A DNA stretch of 49,366 nt from Polyangiales bacterium (GTDB lineage Bacteria > Myxococcota_A > Polyangia > Polyangiales > Houyiibacteriaceae): contig JBGCFM010000055.1 in the NCBI GenBank assembly GCA_045106895.1, positions 1 to 49,366 on the forward strand, in the 5' to 3' direction. Below, in pieces: positions 47,526 to 49,366 of this stretch. Each line of letters starts with the position of its first letter. The first letter of the stretch is position 1. Both the position numbers and the translations under genes were made by a program. The notes under the pieces were generated by a model, which saw only the letters and a program-made list of their open reading frames with translations, ran no database searches and was not told the origin of the DNA.

Positions 47526-49088
47526 CTAGGGCGCCATTGCCGTCGGTGGGCCAACCCACAGGCGCGTGTCGAAAAGCAGGGCGCCTTCGAAGGTCATGGG
47601 CTGTCCGTTTGGTAGCTCGATGACGACGCGGTAGCGATCGATGGACCCGCGGAAGCGGGTAGGGCCGGCGATGAGCCTCGATTCAACGCCGTCGCGGCAG
47701 AGCATCTCGTCGAGCGCGGCGTTGTCCTCGCCAAAGGCGCTCCCCAACGTGGCGCGCTCGGATTCGGAGAGTCCCTGGAGGCAAGCCCCAGACTCGTCAA
47801 AGGCGTAAGTGACGAGGTCCACGATCGCCGGGTCGACGGTGGTGAGGTGCTCGATGCGCTCAGCTCTGTGCATGGAGCGACCTTCGTCTCCGGCCCAGCG
47901 AAGCTCGCCGTTCATGGACACGGCCCACCCGACGATTCGGCCATCGTCGGCGCGCGCGTCGTAGCGGACGGCGGTGGCGATGATCGGCAAAGGGGCGCCC
48001 GGCGGAGCGTGGCCTTCAAGGGCGGCTGGCGCGGCACGCAGATCGAACTCCTCGTAGCCGCCGAGGAAGCGTTCCGGAACAGGCTCACCACGAAGCCCAA
48101 GCACCGTCGCTTCACCGATGGCGCGCACAAAGTCGACGCTTCGACGCTCGCGGGGGTCCGGAAGCAATGCGATCACCAGCACGGATATCAGTGCCCCGGC
48201 GAGGCCCGCCGTTGTCGCGTGGCGAACCCAGCGTGGTGCTTTCCAACCCGCCATGAGTACCGCCGTGTTGGCGAAACCCAGCGCGCCCCCGAACGTCCCC
48301 GCGAAGACGAAGCTCCAGGGGTTGTGCACTTTCGTGAAAAGCTCAGGCCGACCTAGGCTGTTCGAGAGCATGAAGACGTAGAACCCGATGAAGGGCAGCG
48401 GCACGAGCAAGTACACGAGCCATGACGAGCGAAAGAACCTCTTCGCGGCTTTGGTGCGGTCTTTCCCAATGCGTCGCAGTGCCTGCAGCCAGCCGAGCAA
48501 GATGAGCGCAAAGAAGCCGAAGTACATGAAGTGTTCGCCGTCGAGACGGCGTCGCTCCATGTTCTTCATCACTTGGCCGTAGACGCTGTGGTCCCAGTCT
48601 CCGCTGTCTCGGAGCGGCACTGCGAAGGTGAGGAGCACGAGGGTCCACCCGATGAGTGCAGCGATGCTGATTCGGCGTGAGCGTGGTCGCTCGTGCATGG
48701 CCATCTCAAAGCCCGCGGCGAGGATCCAGCTCAGAACGATGAGCGCGAGGGCGGGCCGTTCGGCGAGGGCCGGGTCTGGAAGATACCAACGAGTCTGCTC
48801 CGCGCGGAGAAGGAACGTGCCGACGAGGAGCGCGCTCACACCAGAGAATGCCAAGAGCCCGCGACGGGCGAGGGCGGGCATTGGCCCGAGGGCGGCGATG
48901 TAGAACGCGACGCCGACAAAGGGCATCAAGGTCCAGCCGATGTGGCCCATGGAGTCGGCCATATCCAAGGCCGCGACCTCATCTCGCCGCACCATCCACG
49001 GGATGACCAGCGTCGAGACAAGGGGAAGGCCAAGGACGAGCGCCCAGAAGCGGTGTGAGAGAATCCGCTCTCGCGTTTCGTCGCTCAT
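47526..49088 (-). CDS. Hypothetical polytopic membrane protein with C-terminal soluble domain
   Basis: About 9 hydrophobic segments; ATG 49088 overlaps the upstream stop (ATGA). Confidence 0.75.
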   Translation of the reverse strand: MSDETRERILSHRFWALVLGLPLVSTLVIPWMVRRDEVAALDMADSMGHIGWTLMPFVGVAFYIAALGPMPALARRGLLAFSGVSALLVGTFLLRAEQTRWYLPDPALAERPALALIVLSWILAAGFEMAMHERPRSRRISIAALIGWTLVLLTFAVPLRDSGDWDHSVYGQVMKNMERRRLDGEHFMYFGFFALILLGWLQALRRIGKDRTKAAKRFFRSSWLVYLLVPLPFIGFYVFMLSNSLGRPELFTKVHNPWSFVFAGTFGGALGFANTAVLMAGWKAPRWVRHATTAGLAGALISVLVIALLPDPRERRSVDFVRAIGEATVLGLRGEPVPERFLGGYEEFDLRAAPAALEGHAPPGAPLPIIATAVRYDARADDGRIVGWAVSMNGELRWAGDEGRSMHRAERIEHLTTVDPAIVDLVTYAFDESGACLQGLSESERATLGSAFGEDNAALDEMLCRDGVESRLIAGPTRFRGSIDRYRVVIELPNGQPMTFEGALLFDTRLWVGPPTAMAP

Positions 49089-49366
49089 CGCTTGCGGCGC
49101 CGACTCCGGAAAAGCAGCGCGGCGCCGAGGAGCGCGAGAGAGAGAGGAGGCAGCTCGTCTGCGCCGATGCGGCATCCGCAACCACCGGCGTCCAAGGACT
49201 CGGCGACGCGCGTCGCGCTCTCCTGAGCAGCCGCTTCCGTTTCGCGCACCTCGTCCGGCGCGGAGTTTTGTGTCGGCGCGACGGCGGCGATTTCTAGCTC
49301 GGGAATGCCCGCGGGGACGGCGCTCGTCAGCTGCATTGCGCCGCGCGCTGCGTAGGCGAGGTCACG
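49085..49366 (-). CDS. Partial (5' truncated) MYXO-CTERM sorting-domain protein
   Basis: Frame open to the window edge; ends GGCGCRIG...LSLALLGAALLFRSRRRKR (GCGC, TM helix, Arg tail). Confidence 0.85.
   Translation of the reverse strand, partial: RDLAYAARGAMQLTSAVPAGIPELEIAAVAPTQNSAPDEVRETEAAAQESATRVAESLDAGGCGCRIGADELPPLSLALLGAALLFRSRRRKR

Overview
GC-rich (about two-thirds G+C by eye) bacterial chromosome segment. Gene content points to a myxobacterium, probably Polyangia/Sandaracinus-like (inference): Hanks kinase, PEGA protein, many Cys-rich lipoproteins with DAG-type linkers, and a MYXO-CTERM tail. Housekeeping genes: rsmD-coaD, purE-purK, fabH, a PIN-PhoH ATPase, PhoX and pirin. I found no rRNA, tRNA, CRISPR array or transposase. 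Two metal-homeostasis loci stand out. (1) A five-gene, tightly coupled operon behind a Fur box (24670-31148): an orphan Cys-rich protein, a TonB-dependent receptor, a lipoprotein with three tandem HmuY-like domains, a double Kelch-propeller lipoprotein, and a 74-aa CxC/His protein. It looks like a non-canonical heme/iron acquisition system. (2) A CusCBA-type Cu/Ag efflux operon (15696-22164) preceded by an exported Cys/His-rich ORF with an RGPP motif and a strong hairpin, a candidate metal-sensing ribosome-arrest leader. Also notable: a KDPG-aldolase homolog lacking its catalytic residues, a four-helix-bundle gene reading through a 17-unit hexamer repeat, a probably leaderless TetR with tandem operators, sigma-54-like promoters abutting start codons, and a 106-bp antisense overlap onto coaD. 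All family calls come from motif recognition, not database searches.
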